A stretch of 64,000 bases of DNA from Eubacteriales bacterium (GCA_045587745.1 JAZNCU010000029.1:2902-66901); one strand, 5' to 3'; positions 1-9,963 are shown, counted from the stretch's first letter. Notes: generated by a model not told the origin, from the letters alone. Translations and numbers: made by a program.

Positions 1-134
1 AAATCGGAAGCGCAAAGGGCATCTCCCTTATCGGCGGCGGTCTGACCATTCCCGACGGAACGGTTATTCCCGACGGCGTTATCTGCGATGCCGATATGGT
101 TGCAAAATGTGCAAAAGGAGGCAATGACCAATGA
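1..134 (+). CDS. glgC: glucose-1-phosphate adenylyltransferase, C-terminal fragment (5' end outside window)
   Basis: An open frame enters at the window edge (codons from nt 3). It reads IGSAKGISLIGGGLTIPDGTVIPDGVICDADMVAKCAKGGNDQ and ends at TGA 132-134, overlapping the glgD ATG (ATGA). The call rests on its position upstream of glgD-glgA-glgP and the beta-helix-like G/I/V-rich tail. Confidence 0.6.
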   Translation, partial: IGSAKGISLIGGGLTIPDGTVIPDGVICDADMVAKCAKGGNDQ

Positions 135-1258
135 ACGCAGTAGGAATTATTTTTGCCGGTGTTAACGAAAAAAGTGTTCACGAGCTTACCGGAGTTCGTA
201 CAATGGCTTCCGTTCCCTTCGGATGCCGTTACAGACTGATCGATTTTGCTCTTTCCAATATGGTAAACTCCGATATCACACACGTCGGGCTTATCACACA
301 TTTCAATTACCAGTCCTTGATGGACCATATCGGAACCGGTAAGGATTGGGACCTTGCCCGCCGTCACGGAGGTATCCAGATACTGCCTCCTTATATAACG
401 GCGTTTGCAAATAACGATAATAACCTTAACAACACCCGTCTTGAGTCGCTTATCAATATCCGTGAGTTTCTCTCGGATTGCAAGGAGGAATACGTTGTTC
501 TTTCGGACTGCGACCTCGTTTGCAACCTCGATCTGAACGCTCTTATGGAGCAGCATATCAGCACGGGCGCCGATATAACCATTGCAGTCAAAAAGCTCCG
601 TGCTACGGCAGGCAACCGCACTGCCTCGGTAATCGATTTTGACGAGAGCGGAAGGATCACCGACGTTTCCAAATACTCGCCTCTCTCTCACGGTGAGGAG
701 TATATCTCGCTGCGTATAGGCGTCGTATCCAAAGCCTATCTTGAGCAGATTATAGGCGAGGCGATCGCCCGAGGATATACCAGCCTTGAAAAGGATATTA
801 TGGCACGCAGATGCAGTACCGATAACTACCGTGTGTATATCTACGACGGATACCTTGCCGTAATACGATCTCTCGGCGATTATTACGATTGCAGTATGCA
901 CCTTCTCAAGCCCGAAATCAGGGAGTCGCTTTTCGGAGTTGAGAACCGTCCCATTTTCACCAAGGTACGCAACTCGGCACCCACCTCTTATATCAACGGC
1001 GCAATAGTACGTAATTCGCTTATTGCCGACGGCTGTATTATTCACGGAACGGTCGAGAACTCTATCATTTTCCGCGGAGTAAAGGTTGGCAAGAATACCC
1101 ATATCAAAAACAGCATTATTATGCAGGATACCGTCACGGGCGAGAACGTATATCTCAACTGTGTCATTACCGATAAGGATGTCGTTATCCGTGACGGCAG
1201 AGTGCTTTCGGGTCACGAGACAAAGCCCTTCTTTATCGAAAAGGGCTCCTGCGTGTAA
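131..1258 (+). CDS. glgD: glucose-1-phosphate adenylyltransferase regulatory subunit GlgD
   Basis: 375 aa. The N-terminus (GIIFAG...LT..R.MASVPFGCRYRLIDFALSNMVNS) is a nucleotidyl-transferase fold lacking the catalytic GGxGxRL of GlgC. It has a C-terminal left-handed beta-helix and sits between glgC and glgA as in Firmicutes glgCDAP operons. Confidence 0.85.
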   Translation: MNAVGIIFAGVNEKSVHELTGVRTMASVPFGCRYRLIDFALSNMVNSDITHVGLITHFNYQSLMDHIGTGKDWDLARRHGGIQILPPYITAFANNDNNLNNTRLESLINIREFLSDCKEEYVVLSDCDLVCNLDLNALMEQHISTGADITIAVKKLRATAGNRTASVIDFDESGRITDVSKYSPLSHGEEYISLRIGVVSKAYLEQIIGEAIARGYTSLEKDIMARRCSTDNYRVYIYDGYLAVIRSLGDYYDCSMHLLKPEIRESLFGVENRPIFTKVRNSAPTSYINGAIVRNSLIADGCIIHGTVENSIIFRGVKVGKNTHIKNSIIMQDTVTGENVYLNCVITDKDVVIRDGRVLSGHETKPFFIEKGSCV

Positions 1259-1272
1259 TATAGGAGCAGCGT

Positions 1273-2700
1273 ATGAAAAAGGTTTTATTTGTAGCAGGCG
1301 AGGCTCTTCCCTTTGCATCCTCGGGCGGACTCGGCGACGTTATCGGCTCGCTTCCTCAGGCTCTCTCCGAGTCGGGCGAGTACGACGTGCGTGTCGTAAT
1401 GCCGCTTTACAGCTCCATCGGCGAGGAATACCGACAAAAATTTGAGTTTATCGGATCAAGATTTATTCAGCTGTCCTGGCGCAGTCAGTATTGCGGTATT
1501 TTCAAGTATAACCATAGGGGAGTGACCTTCTATTTCCTCGATAACGAGTATTACTTCAAGCGCCATATGCTTTACGGCGAGTTTGATGACGGCGAGAGAT
1601 TTGCCTTCTTCTGCCGTGCAACGCTTGAGGTGCTCGAGGATATTGATTTTTATCCCGATATACTCCACGCTCACGATTGGCATTCGGCGCTCAGCGTTAT
1701 CTATCTCAAACAGCAGTATGCCTCCCGTGACGAGCGATATGCCCGTATCAAGGCGGTATTCACCATTCATAACATACAGTATCAGGGACAGTACGGCTTT
1801 GAGCTGCTCGGTGATGTTTTCGGCCTTATGCCCTCCGACAAGGGAATCGTTGAGTATGACGGCGGCATCAATCTGTTAAAGGGTGCGATCGTATGCGCCG
1901 ATAAGGTTACTACCGTCAGCCCAACGTATGCAAAGGAGATACTTTCTCCAAAATTCTCTCACGGACTTCATTTCGTCCTTTTGCAGTATTCCTTCAAGCT
2001 CAGCGGAATACTGAACGGTATTGATAAGGTTTATTATAACCCCGCAAAGGACAAGGAGCTTTTTGCAAACTTCTCGGTACGTAACCTCGGGGGAAAGACC
2101 GATTGCAAAAAAGGTCTTCAGGAGATGCTGGGCCTGCCCGTGCGCGAGGACGTTCCGATGATCGCAATGATCTCCAGGCTCGTCAGCCATAAAGGTCTTG
2201 ACCTGCTTTTGTTTGCGGCGGACGATATTCTCAGCGGTGACGTTCAGCTGGTCATTCTCGGTCAGGGCGATAACAGCTACGAGAGCTTTTTCGCCTCGCT
2301 TGCGGAGCGTTATCCCACAAAATGCCGTACACTTATTACCTATAACCGTGATTTGTCCAAAAAAATATATTCGGCTGCCGATATCTTCCTTATGCCCTCA
2401 AAGAGCGAGCCGTGCGGTCTTGCGCAGATGATATCGTCACGCTACGGCGCCGTACCCGTAATTCACGAGACGGGCGGTCTTTACGACAGCATCAAGGACG
2501 TAGGAAGCGAGGGCGGCGGAAACGGCTTTACCTTTGCGGCCTACTCGGCATACGAGCTTTACAATGCCGCCGAGCGTGCGGTAAAAATGTTCCGTGATGA
2601 CCGCGGAGCGTTTGAAAAGCTGCGCATAAGAGCTATGGGGACCGATTTCTCCTGGAAGAAGAGCGCCCTCGAATATATCAAACTCTACGAAACTATATGA
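1273..2700 (+). CDS. glgA: glycogen synthase (ADP-glucose type, GT5)
   Basis: 475 aa. It shows the N-terminal motif KVLFVAGEALPFASSGGLGDV, the later HAHDWH and a C-terminal PS.SEPCGL.QM motif. A GGAG RBS lies upstream. Confidence 0.95.
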   Translation: MKKVLFVAGEALPFASSGGLGDVIGSLPQALSESGEYDVRVVMPLYSSIGEEYRQKFEFIGSRFIQLSWRSQYCGIFKYNHRGVTFYFLDNEYYFKRHMLYGEFDDGERFAFFCRATLEVLEDIDFYPDILHAHDWHSALSVIYLKQQYASRDERYARIKAVFTIHNIQYQGQYGFELLGDVFGLMPSDKGIVEYDGGINLLKGAIVCADKVTTVSPTYAKEILSPKFSHGLHFVLLQYSFKLSGILNGIDKVYYNPAKDKELFANFSVRNLGGKTDCKKGLQEMLGLPVREDVPMIAMISRLVSHKGLDLLLFAADDILSGDVQLVILGQGDNSYESFFASLAERYPTKCRTLITYNRDLSKKIYSAADIFLMPSKSEPCGLAQMISSRYGAVPVIHETGGLYDSIKDVGSEGGGNGFTFAAYSAYELYNAAERAVKMFRDDRGAFEKLRIRAMGTDFSWKKSALEYIKLYETI

Positions 2701-2722
2701 CAAGATAAGGAAACTTTAACCC

Positions 2723-5212
2723 ATGCCTAACAGTATCAACCACGACAGCATTAAAAAAGCATTAACCGATAAGCTCTCCCGTTACTTTGGTATCCCCGCA
2801 GAGGATGCCGATATCAAGCAGGTATACAAAGCGACCGTCCTCTCGGTTCGTGATCTTTTGGGAAGTATGAACAAGGATTTCTCCGATAAGGTCAACGAGA
2901 CCGGCGGTAAGCAGGTATACTATATGTGTATGGAGTTCCTTGTAGGACGCTCCCTCAAGCTTAACCTCTGCAACCTCGGCATCGAGGAGGAATACCGCAA
3001 GGTTCTCTCGGAATTGGGATTTGACCTCGAGGATGTCTATGAGATAGAGCCCGATCCCGGTCTCGGCAACGGCGGTCTCGGAAGACTGGCATCCTGCTTT
3101 ATGGATGCGCTTACGTATCAGAATTATCCTGCCAGAGGCTATTGTATACTTTATGAATACGGCCTTTTCAAGCAGAGATTAGTTGACGGCGAGCAGCTTG
3201 AGCTGCCCGACATCTGGCTTCCCGACGGCGAGTGCTGGCTCGTCCCCCGTCAGGATAAGGCGGTTACCGTCCGTTTTGGAGGTACTATCCGCGAGGAGTG
3301 GCGCGATAACCACTGCGAGATCATTTATGAGGATTACAGCGAGGTAGAGGCAGTACCCTACGATATGCTTATCTCGGGCAAGCCCGGCGGCGCCGTAAAT
3401 ACTCTCCGACTCTGGAAGGCGAGAGATATCAACAACTTCAATATGGAGGCGTTTTCGCAGGGACAGTACCTGAAGGCTGTTGAGGAAAATACTATGGCGG
3501 AGACTATATCAAAGGTGCTTTATCCTGCCGATAACCACCACGAGGGCAAGCTGCTTCGTCTTACACAGCAGTATTTCCTGGTTTCCGCTTCGCTCCAGAA
3601 TATCGTTGACCGTCATTTGTTCCTTTATAAATCGCTTGATAACCTTCCCGATAAGGTTGCTATCCACATCAACGATACTCACCCTGCGCTATGTATCCCC
3701 GAGCTGATGCGTATACTTATCGATAACCATCACTGCAGCTGGGAAAAGGCATGGGATATTACAAGGCGCACCGTTTCCTATACCAACCATACCGTTCTTC
3801 CCGAGGCGCTTGAATGCTGGAACGAGAATCTGTTTGCTATCAAGCTGCCCCGTCTGCACTCTATTATTAAAGAAATCAACCGCCGCTTCTGCGCCGAGGC
3901 GTGGGATGCGTTTATGGGCAACTGGGACAAAATCAGCCGTATGTCCATCCTCAACAAAGGTCAGGTCAAAATGGCAAACCTCTCGGTTATCGGCTCCCAT
4001 ACCGTGAACGGCGTTTCAAGATTGCACTCGGATATACTCAAGGAGACGGTTTTCAAGGATTACAACGATATGTATCCCGAGCGCTTTACCAACGTTACCA
4101 ACGGTATCGCTCACCGTAAATGGCTGTGCTATTCCAACCCCCGTCTGGCTTCGCTTCTCGATTCCACCATCGGTACCGGATACCGTGACAGACCCGAGGA
4201 GCTCTCACGCTTTATGTCCTGCTATGATGATAGGAGCGTGCTTGACGAGCTCGACAGGATCAAAAAGCTCAACAAGATCGATTTTTCCAACTATATGATG
4301 CAGACTGCCGGAGTCAGCATAGATCCCGACAGCATCTTTGACGTGCAGGCAAAGAGATTGCACGAGTACAAGCGCCAGCTTCTCAATGCGCTTAACATTA
4401 TCACGCTTTATCTCAAGCTCAAGGATAACCCCGATGCCGACGTAAAGCCTACCACCTTTATTTTCGGTGCAAAGGCGGCACCCGGCTATTACACGGCAAA
4501 GGATATTATCCGACTTATCTGTTACATTGCGGCAGATATCGAAAAAAATCCGAGGATCAGAGAAAAGCTCCGTGTTGTATTCCTCGAGAACTATAACGTT
4601 ACCCTTGCCGAGCATCTTATGCCCGCCGCCGAGATAAGTGAGCAGATCTCGCTCGCAGGCAAGGAGGCAAGCGGCACCGGCAATATGAAGTTTATGATCA
4701 ACGGTGCCATCACCGTGGGTACTCTCGACGGAGCAAACGTCGAGATGGCCGAGCGTGTGGGCAGGGACAACATCTATATATTCGGCCATACCGCTCCCGA
4801 GGTTGAGGAGCTTTGGCGTAAGGGCTATGCGTCTTCCTATTATTACAATAGGAACGAATCTCTTAAGCGTGCCATCGACTATCTGCAGGTCGGATTCAAC
4901 GGACGCAGCTTTTCGGATATCGCAAATTACCTCCTGTTCTCGCACGGTGTTTCGGATCCCTTTATGTGTCTTGCCGACTTCGATTTTTATACCGAGGCTC
5001 GCCGCAATATGCTTGAGGCTTACTGCGACCGCGATAAATGGAACCGTATGTCACTTTGCAATATTGCTTCGGCCGGCTTTTTTGCCGCCGACCGAAGCAT
5101 CAGGGATTACGCAGAGAATATCTGGCATATGAAGCCTGTCGAGACGTGCGGCAATGCTTCTGCCAAGACAGCAAAAACTACTGCAAAAAAGGCTGCTAAG
5201 AGCAAAAAGTGA
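2723..5212 (+). CDS. glgP: alpha-glucan (glycogen) phosphorylase, GT35
   Basis: 829 aa. It shows EPDPGLGNGGLGRLASCFMDA, the pyridoxal-phosphate lysine region EASGTGNMKFMINGA, and TNHTVLPEALE. Confidence 0.95.
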   Translation: MPNSINHDSIKKALTDKLSRYFGIPAEDADIKQVYKATVLSVRDLLGSMNKDFSDKVNETGGKQVYYMCMEFLVGRSLKLNLCNLGIEEEYRKVLSELGFDLEDVYEIEPDPGLGNGGLGRLASCFMDALTYQNYPARGYCILYEYGLFKQRLVDGEQLELPDIWLPDGECWLVPRQDKAVTVRFGGTIREEWRDNHCEIIYEDYSEVEAVPYDMLISGKPGGAVNTLRLWKARDINNFNMEAFSQGQYLKAVEENTMAETISKVLYPADNHHEGKLLRLTQQYFLVSASLQNIVDRHLFLYKSLDNLPDKVAIHINDTHPALCIPELMRILIDNHHCSWEKAWDITRRTVSYTNHTVLPEALECWNENLFAIKLPRLHSIIKEINRRFCAEAWDAFMGNWDKISRMSILNKGQVKMANLSVIGSHTVNGVSRLHSDILKETVFKDYNDMYPERFTNVTNGIAHRKWLCYSNPRLASLLDSTIGTGYRDRPEELSRFMSCYDDRSVLDELDRIKKLNKIDFSNYMMQTAGVSIDPDSIFDVQAKRLHEYKRQLLNALNIITLYLKLKDNPDADVKPTTFIFGAKAAPGYYTAKDIIRLICYIAADIEKNPRIREKLRVVFLENYNVTLAEHLMPAAEISEQISLAGKEASGTGNMKFMINGAITVGTLDGANVEMAERVGRDNIYIFGHTAPEVEELWRKGYASSYYYNRNESLKRAIDYLQVGFNGRSFSDIANYLLFSHGVSDPFMCLADFDFYTEARRNMLEAYCDRDKWNRMSLCNIASAGFFAADRSIRDYAENIWHMKPVETCGNASAKTAKTTAKKAAKSKK

Positions 5213-7038
5213 TAAAATTCTCTATTTTTTCAAATAATACTCCCGAGGGCTGTCACGCCTTTCCCTGCTCAAGCACGGTAACTATTTCGCTTTCTGCGGA
5301 TATGCCGGCACAGGGCGTGTGGATTTACATAGGAAACGATGACAGAGTCATTATAAACACACCCGTAAAGTTCTGCTCGGATGAGCAGGGCTTTTCGGCA
5401 TGCTTTGACGTAACTGCGAATATGCTCGGCGGCGGCGACGGACTGTACTTTACTCATTTTGAGTTTGTGAGCAACGGCAGGCGTTATTATACCGTCCATA
5501 CCGATGGCAAGGTCTCGGTATCCGACCGCTTTGTGTCAGAGGAGCAGTTTTTGTTCTATGACGAGAAATACCTTGCTCCCGATTGGATGGACGGGGGAAT
5601 TATGTACCAGATATTCCCTGACCGTTTTGCAAAAGGAAGCATAGAATGTAAAAAGCCTAACACTCCCTATGACTGCGATTGGGAAAACGGTATTCCCGAG
5701 TATCCCGCAAGTGTTGGGGATTCGTTTCCGAACAACACTCATTTCGGCGGAACGCTTTACGGCGTGGCCGAGAATATCGCTTATCTCAAAAAGCTTGGCG
5801 TTTCCTGTATTTATCTCAACCCGATCTTCCGTGCCTATTCCAACCATAAGTACGATACAGCCGATTTTATGTCGGTTGATGAGTCGTTTGGCGGTGATGA
5901 TGCGCTCAGGCATCTTATCGAGGTTGCTCATAAAAACGGAATAGGCGTTATTCTTGACGGTGTGTTTAACCACGTCGGTGACGACAGCATATACTTTAAC
6001 CGTTACGGAAGTCACAAAACAGTCGGTGCGTGCGATTCAAAGGACTCTCCCTACTATGAATGGTTTTCGTTTGAAAATTGGCCCTATACCTACGATAGCT
6101 GGTGGGGTATTAAAAATCTCCCCAAATGCGTAAAGTGTGAGTCCTACAGGAAATTCATTACCGAGCAGGTTATTCCAAAATATATGGATATGGGCATTGA
6201 CGGCTGGCGGCTCGACGTTGCCGATGAGCTCGAGAGCGATTTTCTCGATGAGATATGTCTTGCTGTCAAGAGCAAAAAGCCCGATGCCGTCATAATAGGC
6301 GAGGTTTGGGAGGATGCGTCGGATAAGGTCGCATACGGCGAGAGGAAGCGGTATTTCCGTGGAGGTCAGCTTGACTCGGTCACCAATTATCCCATCCGTA
6401 ATGCGATAATCGACTTTATTCTCAGCGGCGAGGGCGAGCTGCTCGTTTCTACCGTTAACAGGCTGTATCGCCACTATCCCGTGCATAAGCAGTCAAAGCT
6501 GATGAACTTCCTCGGCTCGCATGATACCGAGCGTATCGCTACAGTGCTTGGCGGCGAGAGGGACAACGGATATGATAATCATATCCTTGCACATAAAAGA
6601 ATGACTGCCGATGAGCGTGTTCCGGCGCTTTTGATGCTCAAAAACGCTTATCTTATCCTTGCCTCGCTTCCGGGAATCCCCTGTATCTATTACGGTGACG
6701 AGCTTGGCTTGGAGGGCTATCACGATCCCTTCAACCGCCGCACCTTCCCGATCTCGGGGTTCGAGTCGGAGGAAAGCGCATTTTTTGCAAACATCAACAG
6801 GGTACGCTCAACCGAGCCTCTTTTCCTTGCACCTGTGACCGTAGCGGAGGAGATCGAATGCGGTATTGTCCGTATAATCCGCAGGGGCGGAGAGGGCGAG
6901 CTTACTGTAATAGCAAATATGTCGGACAGTGAGTATTGCGCCGAGCTTGAGTGCAGTATGACCGATGTTTTTACGGGAGCTGTGTACAGCGGCTCTGTCG
7001 TTCTGCCAAAAAAGAGCGTGGCGGTATTAAAAAACTGA
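5209..7038 (+). CDS. GH13 alpha-glucosidase/neopullulanase-like glycoside hydrolase
   Basis: 609 aa with the four GH13 regions: GVILDGVFNHVG, GWRLDVADEL, IIGEVWED and FLGSHDTER. The GTG start overlaps the glgP stop (GTGA). Substrate specificity cannot be determined by eye. Confidence 0.85.
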   Translation: MIKFSIFSNNTPEGCHAFPCSSTVTISLSADMPAQGVWIYIGNDDRVIINTPVKFCSDEQGFSACFDVTANMLGGGDGLYFTHFEFVSNGRRYYTVHTDGKVSVSDRFVSEEQFLFYDEKYLAPDWMDGGIMYQIFPDRFAKGSIECKKPNTPYDCDWENGIPEYPASVGDSFPNNTHFGGTLYGVAENIAYLKKLGVSCIYLNPIFRAYSNHKYDTADFMSVDESFGGDDALRHLIEVAHKNGIGVILDGVFNHVGDDSIYFNRYGSHKTVGACDSKDSPYYEWFSFENWPYTYDSWWGIKNLPKCVKCESYRKFITEQVIPKYMDMGIDGWRLDVADELESDFLDEICLAVKSKKPDAVIIGEVWEDASDKVAYGERKRYFRGGQLDSVTNYPIRNAIIDFILSGEGELLVSTVNRLYRHYPVHKQSKLMNFLGSHDTERIATVLGGERDNGYDNHILAHKRMTADERVPALLMLKNAYLILASLPGIPCIYYGDELGLEGYHDPFNRRTFPISGFESEESAFFANINRVRSTEPLFLAPVTVAEEIECGIVRIIRRGGEGELTVIANMSDSEYCAELECSMTDVFTGAVYSGSVVLPKKSVAVLKN

Positions 7039-7055
7039 TTACTTTGGAGCATAAA

Positions 7056-7808
7056 ATGACCGAGACTGCTGTTAGAATTTCCTTGGATGCAAGGCTGCTC
7101 GGAGTAAAGGAGGGGGATACGCTCCTTCTGCACTCCTCACTCAAATCGTTGGGTGGCGGCGTTACGCCACGGGACGTTATAGAGGGACTGCTGGATGCAG
7201 TCGGTGAGAGCGGAACTCTCGTTCTGCCTGCGCTGAGCTATCTTACCTGCAATAAAAGCAACCCTCATTTTGATTATTACAAAACCAAATCAAACGTAGG
7301 TGCTATTCCGGAGTATTTCCGTACCGAGTTTGAGGGAGTAAAAAGGAGCATTTCTCCCACACATTCCTGCTGTGCGTGCGGAAGGAACGCGGATTTTGTC
7401 ACGGAAGGGCATATACTTGACCATACACCGTGCGGAAAAAACTCCCCGTTTCGCCGTGTTTACGAGCTTGGCGGAAAGCTGCTGTTTATTGGTTGCGGGC
7501 TGGGTCCAAACACCTCTATGCACGGTGTGGAGGAGCTTTCCGAGCCTCCCTACCTTTTTGGCGAGGACGTTGAATACACACTCACCGATGCACAGGGCGT
7601 TTCGGTTAAATCGGTATGCCGCAGTCACGGCTTTAAGGGTGTTTATCAAAGGTATGACAGGATATATACGCATCTGTCGGAGGATGAGCTGCATTTTGGC
7701 AAAATACTCTCTGCCGATTGCTACCTGCTGGACGCTGTGGCAACCTGGCAAAAAGCACACGAGCTTTACAGGCAAGACTCACTTTATTTTATAGATAAGG
7801 CGGATTGA
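7056..7808 (+). CDS. AAC(3)-family N-acetyltransferase-like protein
   Basis: The track ORF starts at 6951 inside GH13. A more plausible start is ATG 7056, after a GGAG RBS and 17 nt past the GH13 stop. The N-terminus G.K.GDTLLLHSSLKSLGG, PALSY and a later G...TS.H..EE are typical of the aminoglycoside 3-N-acetyltransferase fold (YokD-like). Confidence 0.7.
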   Translation: MTETAVRISLDARLLGVKEGDTLLLHSSLKSLGGGVTPRDVIEGLLDAVGESGTLVLPALSYLTCNKSNPHFDYYKTKSNVGAIPEYFRTEFEGVKRSISPTHSCCACGRNADFVTEGHILDHTPCGKNSPFRRVYELGGKLLFIGCGLGPNTSMHGVEELSEPPYLFGEDVEYTLTDAQGVSVKSVCRSHGFKGVYQRYDRIYTHLSEDELHFGKILSADCYLLDAVATWQKAHELYRQDSLYFIDKAD

Positions 7809-8941
7809 TGGATATGACCCACGATTCCTTGCGTAATATATTTTTAGAGCTTATGGATGTTTTTGGACTCAAAGGTAAATTTGTGTCCTATTATTCCATA
7901 AAGGCGGGGAATATTAACGATACCTACAGTATTATTACCGATGAGGACGGAAGTACAAAGCAATATATCGTTCAGCGCGTCAACCACGCGGTTTTTCCCT
8001 GTCCCGAAAGAATAGCCGCAAACGTATTTCAGGTTACCCGTCATATAGAGAATAAGCTAAAGGCGGAGGGGGCTTCGGACATTCGCCGCCGCGTGCTTCG
8101 GTATTACCGTACCGCAGGTAATGATTTTTATTATATTTCTGCCGACGGAAACTATTGGCGCGTGATTTCTTACGTATACGGCTCGGTCAACTATAATCAG
8201 CCGGATATCCGTATATTGCGTAATACCGGCAAGGCATTTGGCGAGTTCCAGCGGCTTCTTTCGGATTTTCCTGCAGAGCAGCTTTTCGAGACTATTGCCG
8301 GCTTTCACGATACCGAGCGTAGGTTTGCCGATCTGTTCAGCGCCGCAGAGCGTGATGACGTGCGCAGACTGTCCGAGGTTGAGCATGAGGTTGAGTTCTT
8401 CCGCAGCAAGGCGGGATATGCTTCTCTTTTCCGTGAGATGAGCGAGTCGGGGGAAATTCCGCTCCGCGTCGTTCATAATGACACCAAATGCAACAACGTA
8501 ATGTTCGATGAGTTTACCGGCGCTCCCTTGGCGGTAATCGACCTTGATACGGTTATGCCGGGATACGTAGCGTACGATTTCGGTGATGCGGTGCGCTTTG
8601 CCTGCAATACCGCCTCCGAGGATGAGACCGACATATCAAAGGTATCTCTCGATCTCGATATGTTTGATGCCTTTGCCGAGGGCTTTGTGTCCGAGATTAA
8701 GGGAATGGTCAGCGACAAAGAGCTTGAAACACTTCCGGACGGTGTTCTTGCAATCACTCTTGAGCTTGGTGCAAGGTTTTTGACAGACTACTTAAGCGGC
8801 GACGTATACTTCAAATGCAAGATGAAGGATCACAACCTCGTACGTACTCGGGTACAGATTGAGTTGGCACGGGATATCGAGCGCAAATTGCCCAAAATGC
8901 GTGAGCATCTGAGGCGAATAATAGATAAAACCGTTGACTAA
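7808..8941 (+). CDS. APH-fold phosphotransferase, N-acetylhexosamine-1-kinase-like
   Basis: 377 aa. It has the Brenner-type catalytic loop VVHNDTKCNNVMFD and the metal-binding IDLDTV. ATG 7808 shares one nt with the preceding TGA (TGATG). Confidence 0.65.
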   Translation: MDMTHDSLRNIFLELMDVFGLKGKFVSYYSIKAGNINDTYSIITDEDGSTKQYIVQRVNHAVFPCPERIAANVFQVTRHIENKLKAEGASDIRRRVLRYYRTAGNDFYYISADGNYWRVISYVYGSVNYNQPDIRILRNTGKAFGEFQRLLSDFPAEQLFETIAGFHDTERRFADLFSAAERDDVRRLSEVEHEVEFFRSKAGYASLFREMSESGEIPLRVVHNDTKCNNVMFDEFTGAPLAVIDLDTVMPGYVAYDFGDAVRFACNTASEDETDISKVSLDLDMFDAFAEGFVSEIKGMVSDKELETLPDGVLAITLELGARFLTDYLSGDVYFKCKMKDHNLVRTRVQIELARDIERKLPKMREHLRRIIDKTVD

Positions 8942-8984
8942 TTTAGGCATTTTTAATAAAAATTAAGCTTTTGTTAAAAAAATC

Positions 8985-9012
8985 TTGACAAATACAATAA
9001 TTCGTGTATAAT
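8985..9012 (+). promoter_or_regulatory. sigma-A type promoter upstream of the sigma-factor gene
   Basis: TTGACA (8985-8990), a 16-nt spacer, then TATAAT (9007-9012). Both hexamers match consensus. Confidence 0.6.
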
Positions 9013-9048
9013 GTAGTAGTTAAATCGAGAGTTGCGCCTTGATATAAT

Positions 9049-9630
9049 TTGGAGGAAGTTTTATTGACATTCCGTAGCAAAGTTAAACCCGATGAGAGCG
9101 AGCTTGTTGCCTCTGCTCGTATGGGTGATGAGAGAGCGTTTTCTCTTTTGGCTGAGAGTTATAGACGTGTACTCGATTGGCATATAAGGCATCTTGATGC
9201 GCCCGATTCAATGTATGATGATCTTTTTCAGGAGGGGCTTCTCGGTCTCTTCAGGGCTGTCAGGAGTTATGACGGTAAGTCTTCATCTTTTTCAACATTT
9301 GCTTCATTCTGTATTAAAAACAGCATTATCAGTGCGGTCAGAAGATATAGCAAGCAGGACATCCGTACGGTGCCTCTGCCCGATAGCACCGGTATCGAGC
9401 ATTCCGTGCCCTCGGTCGAACAGCAGATACTTGATGAGGAGCGTGCCTCGGTCCTGTATGACAGGGTCTTTTCGGCTCTGTCGGATTATGAAAAACAGGT
9501 TTTTGAGCTTTATCTCGGTGATTTGTCCCACGACAGCATTGCTTTTATTACCGGCAAGAGCGTTCGCAGTACGTCAAACGCCATTTACCGCATCAGGCAA
9601 AAGCTCAAAAAACTCGTCACAACCGCCTGA
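9049..9630 (+). CDS. sigma-70 family RNA polymerase sigma factor, SigH-like
   Basis: Region 2 reads DLFQEGLLGLFRAVRSYD..SSFSTFASFCIKNSIISAVRR. Region 4 has an HTH (YEKQVFELYL.. SHDSIAFITGKSVRSTSNAIYRIRQKLKK). The architecture resembles B. subtilis SigH. The true start may be TTG 9064, which lies 8 nt after GGAGG at 9051-9055. Confidence 0.75.
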   Translation: MEEVLLTFRSKVKPDESELVASARMGDERAFSLLAESYRRVLDWHIRHLDAPDSMYDDLFQEGLLGLFRAVRSYDGKSSSFSTFASFCIKNSIISAVRRYSKQDIRTVPLPDSTGIEHSVPSVEQQILDEERASVLYDRVFSALSDYEKQVFELYLGDLSHDSIAFITGKSVRSTSNAIYRIRQKLKKLVTTA

Positions 9631-9687
9631 ATCATTTTGTGATTTACCCGGAAGGGGAAATAATACACCAAACCAAGGAGAAAGCAA

Positions 9688-9963
9688 ATGTACGAAGACA
9701 AGACCCTTACTTGCAAGGACTGTGGAAACGAGTTCGTTTTCACCGCAGGTGAACAGGAGTTTTACGCAGAGAAAGGCTTCCAGAACGAGCCCCAGAGATG
9801 CAAAGCTTGCAGAGATGCAAAGAAGCAGGCATCCAGAGCTGCTAAAGAGATGTTCACTACTGTTTGTGCTGAATGCGGCAAGGAAGCAAAAGTTCCTTTC
9901 CAGCCTTCCGACGACAGGCCTGTTTACTGCAGCGAGTGCTTCGCAAAGAAGAGAGAGCAGTAA
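9688..9963 (+). CDS. zinc-ribbon (CxxC-x17-CxxC, duplicated) small protein
   Basis: 91 aa with two copies of CxxC...CxxC: CKDCG..RCKAC and CAECG..YCSEC. An AAGGAG RBS precedes it and a strong terminator follows. Confidence 0.8.
   Translation: MYEDKTLTCKDCGNEFVFTAGEQEFYAEKGFQNEPQRCKACRDAKKQASRAAKEMFTTVCAECGKEAKVPFQPSDDRPVYCSECFAKKREQ

Noticed and set aside
7056-7808. Calling the AAC(3)-fold gene a bona fide aminoglycoside resistance determinant
   Set aside because: Fold-level resemblance only. Many chromosomal AAC(3)-like proteins are not resistance enzymes, and no mobile-element context is present. It is kept as a hypothesis under findings.
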